From Escherichia phage ETEC-TG, in sequence record OR786310.1: 64,000 nt of DNA; one strand, written 5' to 3'. Each line of letters starts with the position of its first letter. Positions within the stretch are counted from its first letter, which is position 1. Below are positions 16,198 through 24,999 of the stretch, in pieces. Position numbers and translations under genes: made by a program. The notes under the pieces are model-generated. The model saw nothing but the letters and a program-made list of their open reading frames with translations. It had not been told where the DNA came from and searched no databases.

Positions 16198-17571
16198 ATG
16201 GCAACTTTTCGTGAAAAGGTAGCAACCGTAACTTTACTGTATGGTGCTACATCAATTCGTGAAACCCAGTTCGATATTCCCCTGATCCTTACAGGTCAGA
16301 ACGTAACTGGCGAAGCGATTCAATATTACTCTTCTTCCGATGCACTTTTGGAAGCAGGTTATGGATTAAATGATCCAGCGTATATTATGGCAGTCAAACT
16401 GTTTAACGGTTTGTTCCCACCAGATCAAGTCATGGTTGGTAAGCGTGAAGTTACAAACTTTACTCTAACTCCAATCGTAGAAGATAGTGCAACTTACACA
16501 ATTACCATCAAAAATGGTACCAAGAAAAAAGAATTTAAATTCATTGCTGATGACACTGCAACTGCACAAGAGATTGTAGTTGGTCTGACTGAAATGATCA
16601 ATGCAGATCTTGTTTATGGCCCACTGTTTACAGTAGCTAACAACGGCGCTGCAATGACTTTCACTCCAGTAGAAGGTAAGTTTGGTTCTATTGACAGCAC
16701 AGGTTTCACTCAAGAAACTGTCTATGCTAATGCTATTACGGAAGATATTGCTGCTCTGCATGATATTGATAGTAGCTGGTTCTGGACCCTTTCAGATTCC
16801 CATGAAACAGAAGATGTTCTAGCTTTGGCTGCATGGGTAGAAGAGAATGATAAAGTTTACTTCTTCTCTAGCTCTGAACCTGGAATTAAAACGAAAGCAG
16901 AAGATAACGTTCTGGAACGACTGAATGACCTCGGTTATAATAACACTTGCTTTGCTTTGTGGATGACCGATGCAGATTCTGTATTCCCAGAAGCAGCAGT
17001 TGTTGGTGCAATCTGTTCTCGTCAGCCTGGTTTAACTACTCTTCACGGTAAAACACTGGTAGGTGTAGAGATCGAGAAACTGGATCAGACTTCGGAAAAC
17101 AATATTGTTCAACAGAACGGTAACATCTATCGTAAAGAGCATGGAACTCTGTTCTATCGTGATGGATTGATGGTTAGCGGTTTCTTTGTTGACTATGTTG
17201 TTCATGCTTTGTGGTTTAAAGCTCGCACAGAAGAATCACTGTTTACACTGTTTAAACAACAGTCTATGCTGGGTGGTGGTGTTCGTGCTACTTCAAACGG
17301 TCTGGCTTTGATTCGACAAGCTGTTCTGGCTAACCCGATCCAAGTAGGTATCCTCAACGGTTCCATCGCTAATGAAGTTGTTACTTCTGAAGAGACTGGT
17401 TTGCGTGTCGATCTGAAACCTATTGTTTATATTCCTTCTCGTGCTGATATGACTGATGCGCAAATCAATGCTCGTCTGGTCGATGGAATGAAGATTGAAT
17501 ATGTTTACGCTGGCTTCTTCCATTACGTTAAAGTTCAGGTCAACGTCCTGACTAACCGTACTGCAAACTAA
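16198..17571 (+). CDS. tail sheath protein (putative)
   Basis: 457 aa, strong codon bias, followed by hairpin then the tube-sized gene and chaperone/tape-measure set. Confidence 0.5.
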   Translation: MATFREKVATVTLLYGATSIRETQFDIPLILTGQNVTGEAIQYYSSSDALLEAGYGLNDPAYIMAVKLFNGLFPPDQVMVGKREVTNFTLTPIVEDSATYTITIKNGTKKKEFKFIADDTATAQEIVVGLTEMINADLVYGPLFTVANNGAAMTFTPVEGKFGSIDSTGFTQETVYANAITEDIAALHDIDSSWFWTLSDSHETEDVLALAAWVEENDKVYFFSSSEPGIKTKAEDNVLERLNDLGYNNTCFALWMTDADSVFPEAAVVGAICSRQPGLTTLHGKTLVGVEIEKLDQTSENNIVQQNGNIYRKEHGTLFYRDGLMVSGFFVDYVVHALWFKARTEESLFTLFKQQSMLGGGVRATSNGLALIRQAVLANPIQVGILNGSIANEVVTSEETGLRVDLKPIVYIPSRADMTDAQINARLVDGMKIEYVYAGFFHYVKVQVNVLTNRTAN

Positions 17572-17572
17572 T

Positions 17573-17600
17573 ACGGCGGGGGTTAAGCCCCCGTTATCAA
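17573..17600 (+). terminator. hairpin terminator/attenuator after sheath gene
   Basis: ACGGCGGGGG-ttaa-GCCCCCGT followed by A/T-rich tract. Confidence 0.45.
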
Positions 17601-17617
17601 AATAAAGAGGATCTATA

Positions 17618-18097
17618 ATGGATAAAATGCTTACTGGCGTAATGGCCTACGACCCATCTCAAGTTATCCTTTCATTAGGTGGTTGGGAACCGTGGGGTTT
17701 TGCGGCTGATACTAAAATCGTTATTGCTAAATCTAACGATATTATCAACCCTTATTCAGGGACTGATGGTGACGTTTCACTAGCTTTGAGTCGTAACCGT
17801 TTGGGAACACTCACAATGTCTTTGCAACGCACATCTCCAGCTAACGAAGTACTTGCAACATATGCACAAACAATGTATTCTACTCGTCAAGTAGCATTCA
17901 GCGTTTACTTGGAAGACCCACGTGGCTATTACATTAGCACGATTGGATGGATTCAAAGTCAGCCTGAAGATACTATTGGCGAAATGATTACAGAGAACCA
18001 ATGGGTTATTGGTCTTAAAGATGCAAGCCTTCTGCGTAATGAAGTTGGTGTAGGTTTGAGCACCCTTAACTCAATCTCTGCTCTGACAATTCAATAA
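17618..18097 (+). CDS. tail tube protein (putative)
   Basis: 159 aa, position between sheath and chaperone genes, terminator downstream. Confidence 0.5.
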   Translation: MDKMLTGVMAYDPSQVILSLGGWEPWGFAADTKIVIAKSNDIINPYSGTDGDVSLALSRNRLGTLTMSLQRTSPANEVLATYAQTMYSTRQVAFSVYLEDPRGYYISTIGWIQSQPEDTIGEMITENQWVIGLKDASLLRNEVGVGLSTLNSISALTIQ

Positions 18098-18104
18098 TAA
18101 ATAA

Positions 18105-18126
18105 AGGGCAGAAATGCCCTTTTTAT
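18105..18126 (+). terminator. Rho-independent terminator
   Basis: AGGGCA-gaaa-TGCCCT followed by TTTTTATC. Confidence 0.6.
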
Positions 18127-18142
18127 CATTAGAGAGGAAAAT

Positions 18143-18625
18143 ATGTCACAAGAACAAGATAACACAATTCAAAAATATGCTCGACCAGAAGAAGTAGTTG
18201 AGATTCCGTTAGATGGAAACAGATCTGTTACTTTCCGTATTATGAAGTGGAGTCCATCTAAAGTGTTTGACAGGATTCCAGAATTGGGTAGTGTTCTGGT
18301 TGTTCCTATGACTATGTACAGCACAGCAACAATGTCCGCAGACGAAGACCTTGAGTCACGTATTGCTATGGCACTGATCCAACTTTTTGCAGGTTTGGAA
18401 GAAAAGAATTTAACTGTCTTTTTGCGTAAAATTTTAGATGAGGTTTATACTCAAGACGGTTATAACGTTGCAGAAAATTTTGATGAATTATTTATGGCTC
18501 ACCCAGAACTAGTGTTAGATCTTACTGCTAAAGTTCTGGAGGTAAACTACGGCCCTTTTTTCAAACGAGGTTTCGGAAAACTGTTCACACAGCTTCAGGC
18601 GATGACGAGTTTAGCAGCAAATTAA
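18143..18625 (+). CDS. tail assembly chaperone (G-like)
   Basis: Immediately upstream of the tape measure; contains slippery heptamer T_TTT_TTC. Confidence 0.55.
   Translation: MSQEQDNTIQKYARPEEVVEIPLDGNRSVTFRIMKWSPSKVFDRIPELGSVLVVPMTMYSTATMSADEDLESRIAMALIQLFAGLEEKNLTVFLRKILDEVYTQDGYNVAENFDELFMAHPELVLDLTAKVLEVNYGPFFKRGFGKLFTQLQAMTSLAAN
18556..18562 (+). other. candidate -1 programmed ribosomal frameshift site (T TTT TTC)
   Basis: Heptamer in the zero frame of 18143-18625; the -1 frame is open from 18532 to 18891. Confidence 0.5.
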
Positions 18626-18672
18626 CACCTGCGATTGAACATGCTATCGACACAGCAACGAAAACCCTTACT

Positions 18673-18891
18673 TTGAAGTGGTATGAGGTTATTCTTTGCA
18701 AAGTCGTTAAAGATACCTCGGAAACACTGAAAACATTGGATAACTACGGTGTAGATTATCTTTTAAAACTATATGAGTATTTAACATACGAAGAGTATGT
18801 TGAAGCCATGTATGTTAAAGACACTTCAATAAAGAGAAAACATCAAAACCAGACAAATAAAATGTCAGATTTGTTTAAGAAACTTGTTTAA
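18673..18891 (+). CDS. -1 frame extension of tail assembly chaperone (GT-like product)
   Basis: Open frame continuous with the -1 frame of the upstream chaperone; no convincing independent RBS. Confidence 0.45.
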   Translation: MKWYEVILCKVVKDTSETLKTLDNYGVDYLLKLYEYLTYEEYVEAMYVKDTSIKRKHQNQTNKMSDLFKKLV

Positions 18892-18911
18892 TCCAACACG
18901 AGGAACATACT

Positions 18912-20900
18912 TTGTTAGAAATTAACGCCTCCAAAATTAGTAACGTGGTTACGTTTAAGGTGGACAAGAACAGTCTCAAGGAAGCAAAAGATGCCGTGTT
19001 GAGTGTTCAGAAGTTTGCAAATAAAATGCAACCCACTATGAACATGACCAAGTTTAGACAACAAATGAAAGAGATTGAGCGTGAACTTAAGAAAGCTCAA
19101 ACTCAAAGTCAAAAACCTATGCGAGCACCTACTCCCGCTGGAGCGGGTGCTCCTGTAGGTGGATCTGGCAGACCAAGAACTCCTAAAACCCCGCAAGGAA
19201 GAGAAGAAGAAAAAGCTCGTAAAGCGGCTGAACGCGAAGCTAAAGCAGCAGCACGTAGGGAAGACTTAGGTAATCTTCGTTTGCAAAACTTTAACTACCG
19301 AGCAAAAGCATTTAGTAAAGCCAGCCCTGGCGCTATGCAAGAAGCTAGAGACGTTATGGGTAAAGCTGTAGAGCAATACAAAAAGGGTGAAATAACTCTT
19401 CAACGTATGAACCAAGCTCTTGCTCACCAGTTAGATGCCTTACGCAGATCTCATCGTGAAAAGAATGCTGAAATAGAAGACGAGGTTCGCGGTCGTCGCC
19501 GTATTCGTAGAGAGCTAGAAGCAGAAGCTAAAATGCGTATACGTATGCGAAATCGTGAACTTAGAGATATAGAACGCAACCGTAAGCGTGAATTAGCTCA
19601 ACAAAAACGTGATCGTGATCGTCGATATGGACAATTAAAAGAAGGTGCAGCAGGTCTTAATCCACGTATGATTGCATCCTCTTTGATAGGTGCTGGGCTG
19701 TTTGCAGGTGGTTCTGTAGTTGGTAACACGTTGATGAATACTAACGAAAGAATTAAACTTGTAAGTCGTGGCGCTGAAAACGTTCAGACAAACGCCAACG
19801 CTATTTTGGCAATGACAGCTTGGGGTGAACAGAACGGTGTAGACTCTGCAAATATTATTAAATCAATAGATAATATTAAAGACGTTCGTGAACGTCTTGG
19901 TAATACAGTTTTAGCCTCAAAATGGAATGAGAAAGAAGGGAAGTGGAAAGGCGGTGATAATGGCATAAATGACATTATGAACTTGTTTGGATGGAATCCA
20001 GAACAGCTTAAACCTTTACAGAACGACCCTTTAGCTTTTATTCAGGCTACTGTTAATGAAGGTGAGCGTCGAGGTATGAACTCTGCTCAAATCGGGCGAC
20101 TTCTTGAAAACCTTGGTGACGACCTTATGCACTACCAGCGCATGTTTAGTAAAAACGGCGAAGGGTATAATGAGGTATTGAAAATGCTTCAAAGAACAGG
20201 TGCAACATTAACTCAAGAACAAATAGATGCTTCTAAAGAGTTTACTCGTTTTGCTGCAACAGTTCAGCTTGTAGGTCAAGGTATGCAGAACCATTTCTTA
20301 GAGGGTTTTGTGAAAGCCTTACCTAAAGATGATTCTTGGTTGGATAACGTTAAAGTGCTAGATCAGTTTGCCAAAGATTTAGGTGAAGAACTTGGTAAAA
20401 CAACAGTTCAACTTGGTGGTTTTGCTAAAGAATTGGGAGATGGTTTCGGATCTTTTACCAATTGGCTTAAAGAAACATTCCCAGATACCTTCGGAGACAA
20501 CACAGATCCTAATAAATCTATGGTACAAAAAGCATACGAGGCAACGCAAAGTGGAGACAGTAACCCTGTAGCAGATTGGTTGTACAATTTAACAGGTATT
20601 GATACACAAGATATTGGTCGTATGTGGAGAGGAGAACAAACAAGGACACGTGCTTTTGGATTTGGTAATCCTCTTGAAGATTTACGTGAATCAGCCTATA
20701 CACCTAACGTAAGTTTGGCTCGTAATCAACCTGTTGTTGAGAATACGGTAGCAATACCAAGTGATCTTATCAAAGTTACGATCAGCCCTTCTTCCGAGTT
20801 TGGAAATATTCTTGATGCAAGAATTCAAAATAGCGGAAATAGCATTTTCCAACGTTTGTCTCTTTCAACTCTAAGTGGACAATCTAACACTGGTGGTTAA
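18912..20900 (+). CDS. tail tape measure protein
   Basis: 662 aa, Arg/Lys/Glu-rich helical N-half, follows chaperone pair, terminator downstream. Confidence 0.65.
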   Translation: MLEINASKISNVVTFKVDKNSLKEAKDAVLSVQKFANKMQPTMNMTKFRQQMKEIERELKKAQTQSQKPMRAPTPAGAGAPVGGSGRPRTPKTPQGREEEKARKAAEREAKAAARREDLGNLRLQNFNYRAKAFSKASPGAMQEARDVMGKAVEQYKKGEITLQRMNQALAHQLDALRRSHREKNAEIEDEVRGRRRIRRELEAEAKMRIRMRNRELRDIERNRKRELAQQKRDRDRRYGQLKEGAAGLNPRMIASSLIGAGLFAGGSVVGNTLMNTNERIKLVSRGAENVQTNANAILAMTAWGEQNGVDSANIIKSIDNIKDVRERLGNTVLASKWNEKEGKWKGGDNGINDIMNLFGWNPEQLKPLQNDPLAFIQATVNEGERRGMNSAQIGRLLENLGDDLMHYQRMFSKNGEGYNEVLKMLQRTGATLTQEQIDASKEFTRFAATVQLVGQGMQNHFLEGFVKALPKDDSWLDNVKVLDQFAKDLGEELGKTTVQLGGFAKELGDGFGSFTNWLKETFPDTFGDNTDPNKSMVQKAYEATQSGDSNPVADWLYNLTGIDTQDIGRMWRGEQTRTRAFGFGNPLEDLRESAYTPNVSLARNQPVVENTVAIPSDLIKVTISPSSEFGNILDARIQNSGNSIFQRLSLSTLSGQSNTGG

Positions 20901-20906
20901 TAAAAT

Positions 20907-20932
20907 ACCTCGCTTCGGCGGGGTTTTTTCGT
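20907..20932 (+). terminator. Rho-independent terminator (UUCG tetraloop)
   Basis: CCTCGC-ttcg-GCGGGG followed by TTTTTTCG. Confidence 0.65.
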
Positions 20933-20938
20933 TTCCCT

Positions 20939-20968
20939 TGACACGAAGTTTCTATATGTGTTACAATA
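20939..20968 (+). promoter_or_regulatory. sigma70-like extended -10 promoter for the baseplate operon
   Basis: TTGACA - 18 nt - TGtTACAAT. Confidence 0.5.
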
Positions 20969-21026
20969 ATCAATATGGGAAGATCTTGCATCTTCCTTTT
21001 GGCATTATCATTACTACGAGGTTATC

Positions 21027-21728
21027 ATGGCAGCAATGACTCCACAACAGTCGGTGAGAGCCGTCTATAAGGCAGAACAGGAAATCAACTCTACCGAGAA
21101 TAAAAATACCTCGGCATCTACTGTAAAGGGTGATAATGGTTTCTGCATTTTAGCAAGTGTTTATAATAGTTCAAGTGATCAATACATTCAAAACTTTAAA
21201 GCAATTACTTTCGATTCAGTCCCTGAAATAGGTGTAACTCGTGAGGCAGATGTTACAAGTTTTCCAGTAGAATCAGGATCGGATGTAAGCGACCACGTTC
21301 AAATAAAAAACAACAGATTTAAACTTTCAGGTATAATTACCGAAACACCAATTCGGCTTATGCGAGATCAATTATACAGTGCAGGTGTAAATGGGGCAAG
21401 GATTTCTCAAGCAATAGAATATCTAGATCAAATATTTGAGTCAAGACAACCAATAGTTCTTTTGACAGAACACAGAACTTTTGAAAATGTTATTCTCAAA
21501 GGTTATTCATATGATTATAAATCTGAATTTGCTATGCAATTTGATTTAGAGTTTGAACAAATCCGTCTCGTTTCTAAGGCCACTACTAACGCTATTGCTG
21601 TAAAAACAGCACCAAATAAGTCAACTGGTGGTGATGTGAAAGGTCAAGTTGCTTCTAATGGTCCTAAGTCAGATATTACAGTAAGAACTGCTGAAGCTAC
21701 TAATACCCCAACAAACAATGGAGGTTAA
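21027..21728 (+). CDS. distal tail / baseplate protein (putative)
   Basis: Position downstream of tape measure. Confidence 0.35.
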   Translation: MAAMTPQQSVRAVYKAEQEINSTENKNTSASTVKGDNGFCILASVYNSSSDQYIQNFKAITFDSVPEIGVTREADVTSFPVESGSDVSDHVQIKNNRFKLSGIITETPIRLMRDQLYSAGVNGARISQAIEYLDQIFESRQPIVLLTEHRTFENVILKGYSYDYKSEFAMQFDLEFEQIRLVSKATTNAIAVKTAPNKSTGGDVKGQVASNGPKSDITVRTAEATNTPTNNGG

Positions 21729-21730
21729 TA

Positions 21731-22144
21731 GTGACAACTTATTCTAAAACAACAAGGTCTACAAGTAATACTGGCTACAGTGCAGTTTATCTGGAGGACC
21801 ATTCTACTTATTTTGCATGGTATCTGAAAACTGAAGAGTACCCCGATCAAACATATACAGTTACATTGGATGGAGTTGATTATGACATTCGTTTAAGGTG
21901 GAACACTAGGGACGAATCTTGGCAATGTCAAATGGGATTATCTGGAGATGATCCGAGTATAAGTTTCAAAGTTACAAATGGTTTAGATCTTCTTAAACCT
22001 TATAAATATCTTGAAAGTGTACCAGATGGTCAATTGTATATAGTAGATACAGTTAAGATTAATGGTCGTCCTGGGTATACAACTACAGGTCGAGATAAAC
22101 GTTTTGTATTGGTTTATATTGATAACAAACCTAATCAGGCGTAA
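21731..22144 (+). CDS. baseplate assembly protein (putative)
   Basis: Position. Confidence 0.3.
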   Translation: MTTYSKTTRSTSNTGYSAVYLEDHSTYFAWYLKTEEYPDQTYTVTLDGVDYDIRLRWNTRDESWQCQMGLSGDDPSISFKVTNGLDLLKPYKYLESVPDGQLYIVDTVKINGRPGYTTTGRDKRFVLVYIDNKPNQA

Positions 22145-22153
22145 GGAGATAAT

Positions 22154-23164
22154 ATGGCAGAAAGAGAGTATACAAAAGCTCCTGCCCCTAATTTAAACAG
22201 GGCATACAAATTATTAATTGGTTCTGCCACAAACACAATACAGAAGAGAACTAAGAACTCGGCATTTAAATCTACAGTAGATTTGGATACCAAGTTAGGG
22301 ACAACAGAAAAATCCTCTTCTAATTTGTATTTGTTGCAAGACCATCAAATAACCTTCAGTATTAAGAAAGATAATAACAAAGATCCTAACCAAGCAGAGA
22401 TTGTAGTTTATAACCTTTCAGATGATACTGTTAACTATATAAACCGTGGTATCCGAAATAACTTGGCTGTTGCTTTAGCGGTAGGATACGAAGGTGAAGA
22501 GTTGGTTATGATCTTCAAAGGAACTATCCAGTGGGTTAGTGATACTTTTGACTCGGTAGACAGGAAAACCACTTTACACTGTTTGGATGGTGGTATTAAC
22601 ATTGCAGAAGCAAGAACAAGCCGCAGTTACCCAAAAGGAACTAAAATCAAACGTGTTGTGACAGATTTGGTAAAGGATTTAGGGACTACAGAAGGTAATA
22701 TACATGTAGACAATGACCAAACCCTATCTTCAGCAACAGCTATGTGTGGGAACACTTCACATTACCTAGAACATATTTGTAAGAGTATTGATCACAATGT
22801 GTCAATACAAGACGGATCTGTTTATGTTACTCCACGTTCCCAAATGTCTAGTGCACGTAGCGCCTACATTAGTCCTGAAACTGGTTTAATAGGAAGCCCA
22901 GAACCATTCCACAACGATATTAAACCTACTAAAAAAGTTACCAAATCCTCTAAGAAGGCAAAGAAACCTACAGATGGTGTTAAATTTAAATGCCAAATGA
23001 ATGGTGCAATCTTACCAGAAAAAACAATCTGGTTAAAAAGCCGAGATTATGATGGTCCATTTAAAGTAGTCTCTGTTTCCCACAATGGGGATAAAGAAGG
23101 TAAAGAGTGGGTTACTGAAGTGGAATGTGTATCCGTGTCTGAAATAATGACTAAGGAGAAATAA
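22154..23164 (+). CDS. baseplate hub protein (putative)
   Basis: Position before spike-like gene. Confidence 0.35.
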   Translation: MAEREYTKAPAPNLNRAYKLLIGSATNTIQKRTKNSAFKSTVDLDTKLGTTEKSSSNLYLLQDHQITFSIKKDNNKDPNQAEIVVYNLSDDTVNYINRGIRNNLAVALAVGYEGEELVMIFKGTIQWVSDTFDSVDRKTTLHCLDGGINIAEARTSRSYPKGTKIKRVVTDLVKDLGTTEGNIHVDNDQTLSSATAMCGNTSHYLEHICKSIDHNVSIQDGSVYVTPRSQMSSARSAYISPETGLIGSPEPFHNDIKPTKKVTKSSKKAKKPTDGVKFKCQMNGAILPEKTIWLKSRDYDGPFKVVSVSHNGDKEGKEWVTEVECVSVSEIMTKEK

Positions 23165-23898
23165 TGGACGCATTAAATTTTGTCACAGCAATGCGTGGCT
23201 TAATGACAGAACAATTGGCAGAAGTCCATACAGCCCTGCCAGTCCGTGTGACTGGCGTTAATTATGGTGCTAAAACTGTCACTTTAGAATCTATTGTTAA
23301 AAACACACGATCTAGTGAAGATGAAATAGATTACCCTACTTTTGAAGATGTTCCTTTTATGGTTAATGGGGGTGGGACAGGAAGAATCTCATTCCCTATT
23401 AAAGCTGGCGATTTAGGAACTGTTATATTTTCTGAAAGAGATCCTTCTAATGCACTGCAAACTAGTGGAGAAACCTCTTCATCATCCACTTTTATGCAGC
23501 CTTGTGGATTATACCCTATTTGTTTTATTCCCAAAATAGCTACAGGAACAGATTCAACAGAAGCTGTAGATTCTGAAAAGGTAGTTATTTCTAATAACAA
23601 AAACACGTACGCTTCTTTCGACCCTACAGGTAATATTTCAATATGGAATAGTCAAGGGATGAAAATAGATATTACTACCTCCGGTATTACTATTACAGAT
23701 GGCACAGGAACTTTGGATCTAAAAGGTGGTAATTTAACTTTCAAAGGCGGCGTGGCAGATATCAATGGTCTTAAAATAGATCAGAACGGTTTGATGACAG
23801 ATGGTAATGGCATCGGATTCCATACTCACACGCACACGGTTCGTAACATTCAGAGCGGTAACTCAAGTGCCGAGTCCTTAAAACCAACAGGAGCCTAA
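23164..23898 (+). CDS. baseplate central spike protein (gpV-like, putative)
   Basis: C-terminal HTHTHT histidine motif (GIGFHTHTHTV) typical of spike tips; position before gpW-like gene. Confidence 0.45.
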   Translation: MDALNFVTAMRGLMTEQLAEVHTALPVRVTGVNYGAKTVTLESIVKNTRSSEDEIDYPTFEDVPFMVNGGGTGRISFPIKAGDLGTVIFSERDPSNALQTSGETSSSSTFMQPCGLYPICFIPKIATGTDSTEAVDSEKVVISNNKNTYASFDPTGNISIWNSQGMKIDITTSGITITDGTGTLDLKGGNLTFKGGVADINGLKIDQNGLMTDGNGIGFHTHTHTVRNIQSGNSSAESLKPTGA

Positions 23899-23899
23899 C

Positions 23900-24526
23900 A
23901 TGGGAATCCCTTTTGACTTAAAACTTGGACCAAACAACGACCTCATCATGGATGATGGGGATTTGGTCCTCACTACAACCAGAACAGAAATTGCAGCACA
24001 AACTCTTGGGATAACTCTGAACACGTATCGTGGGGAGTGGTTTTTAAATACTAACTTCGGTGTTCCTTACTTACAAGAGATTATTGGTGTTGCTAGAAAG
24101 AAAGATATTGTAGACAGAATATTTTTAGCAGAGATTGCCAAAAACGTTTACATAGATACAATAAACAGTTATAAATCTGCTTATGACATGGACCAACGTT
24201 ATTATTCAATGACAGTTATGGTCACAGTTGGAGCAGATACAGTAACATCTATATTCAATACTCAACCTTCTGAAGAGTTTATTTACCCTGAAGCTGGTGA
24301 AGACAATGCAGCGATCATTTGTGAAGCTTACAGTATTGTTGAGAATTCGAATAGACTTTATCGCTTTATCAACTTTGTTGGTTTGCCACGTGATACCTAC
24401 TCTACTTGGTGGAATGAATGGTCTACAGAGTCAGCAGTGGAAAGAATCATGGTTAACGAAAAAGGTGATGCATTAGCTACAAACAATGACTTCGGTATAA
24501 CAGCTATGACAGGAGTAGAAGAGTAA
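23900..24526 (+). CDS. baseplate wedge protein (gpW/gp25-like N-terminal domain)
   Basis: N-terminal pattern DLxxDDGDLxL...EIAAQ...TxRGEWFLN..FGVPYLQEIIG resembles gpW/gp25 family. Confidence 0.5.
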   Translation: MGIPFDLKLGPNNDLIMDDGDLVLTTTRTEIAAQTLGITLNTYRGEWFLNTNFGVPYLQEIIGVARKKDIVDRIFLAEIAKNVYIDTINSYKSAYDMDQRYYSMTVMVTVGADTVTSIFNTQPSEEFIYPEAGEDNAAIICEAYSIVENSNRLYRFINFVGLPRDTYSTWWNEWSTESAVERIMVNEKGDALATNNDFGITAMTGVEE

Positions 24527-24999
24527 TGGCAGATTTAACTACGATCAAAATTTCTGATCTTACACAAACAACCTCTGTGTCTGATACAGATTTCTTTGTA
24601 ACAGATCAGGCTGGAATAACAAAGAAAACTTCTTTGAAAGTGCTGTTGAGTGGTGCAGGGGTAACTAGAAACCGTCTGAATGCACGGGGAACAGTAACTA
24701 GCACCTTGGCATTAGATATTAGTTCAGCAGAATATTTTTCTGCAACTTTATCTTCTGCAACGTGCACAATTAGTTTTACTAATATTCCAGTAGCAACAAA
24801 TGCAGTTTTAAACTTTACTTTAGCTTTGCGTCAAGGAAGTGGTGCAAATAAAGTCGTATGGCCTTCTTCTGTAAAATGGAGTTTTGGTCGCCCCCCAGTT
24901 TTGAGTTATCGTCAAGGTGCAACAGACACTTTTGAGTTTATCAGTTATGATAATGGAGCAACTTGGACAGGTAGCTTAGTTTTAGCAGGAGTTATTTAA
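24526..24999 (+). CDS. baseplate protein (unknown)
   Basis: Coupled start/stop with neighbours. Confidence 0.3.
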   Translation: MADLTTIKISDLTQTTSVSDTDFFVTDQAGITKKTSLKVLLSGAGVTRNRLNARGTVTSTLALDISSAEYFSATLSSATCTISFTNIPVATNAVLNFTLALRQGSGANKVVWPSSVKWSFGRPPVLSYRQGATDTFEFISYDNGATWTGSLVLAGVI

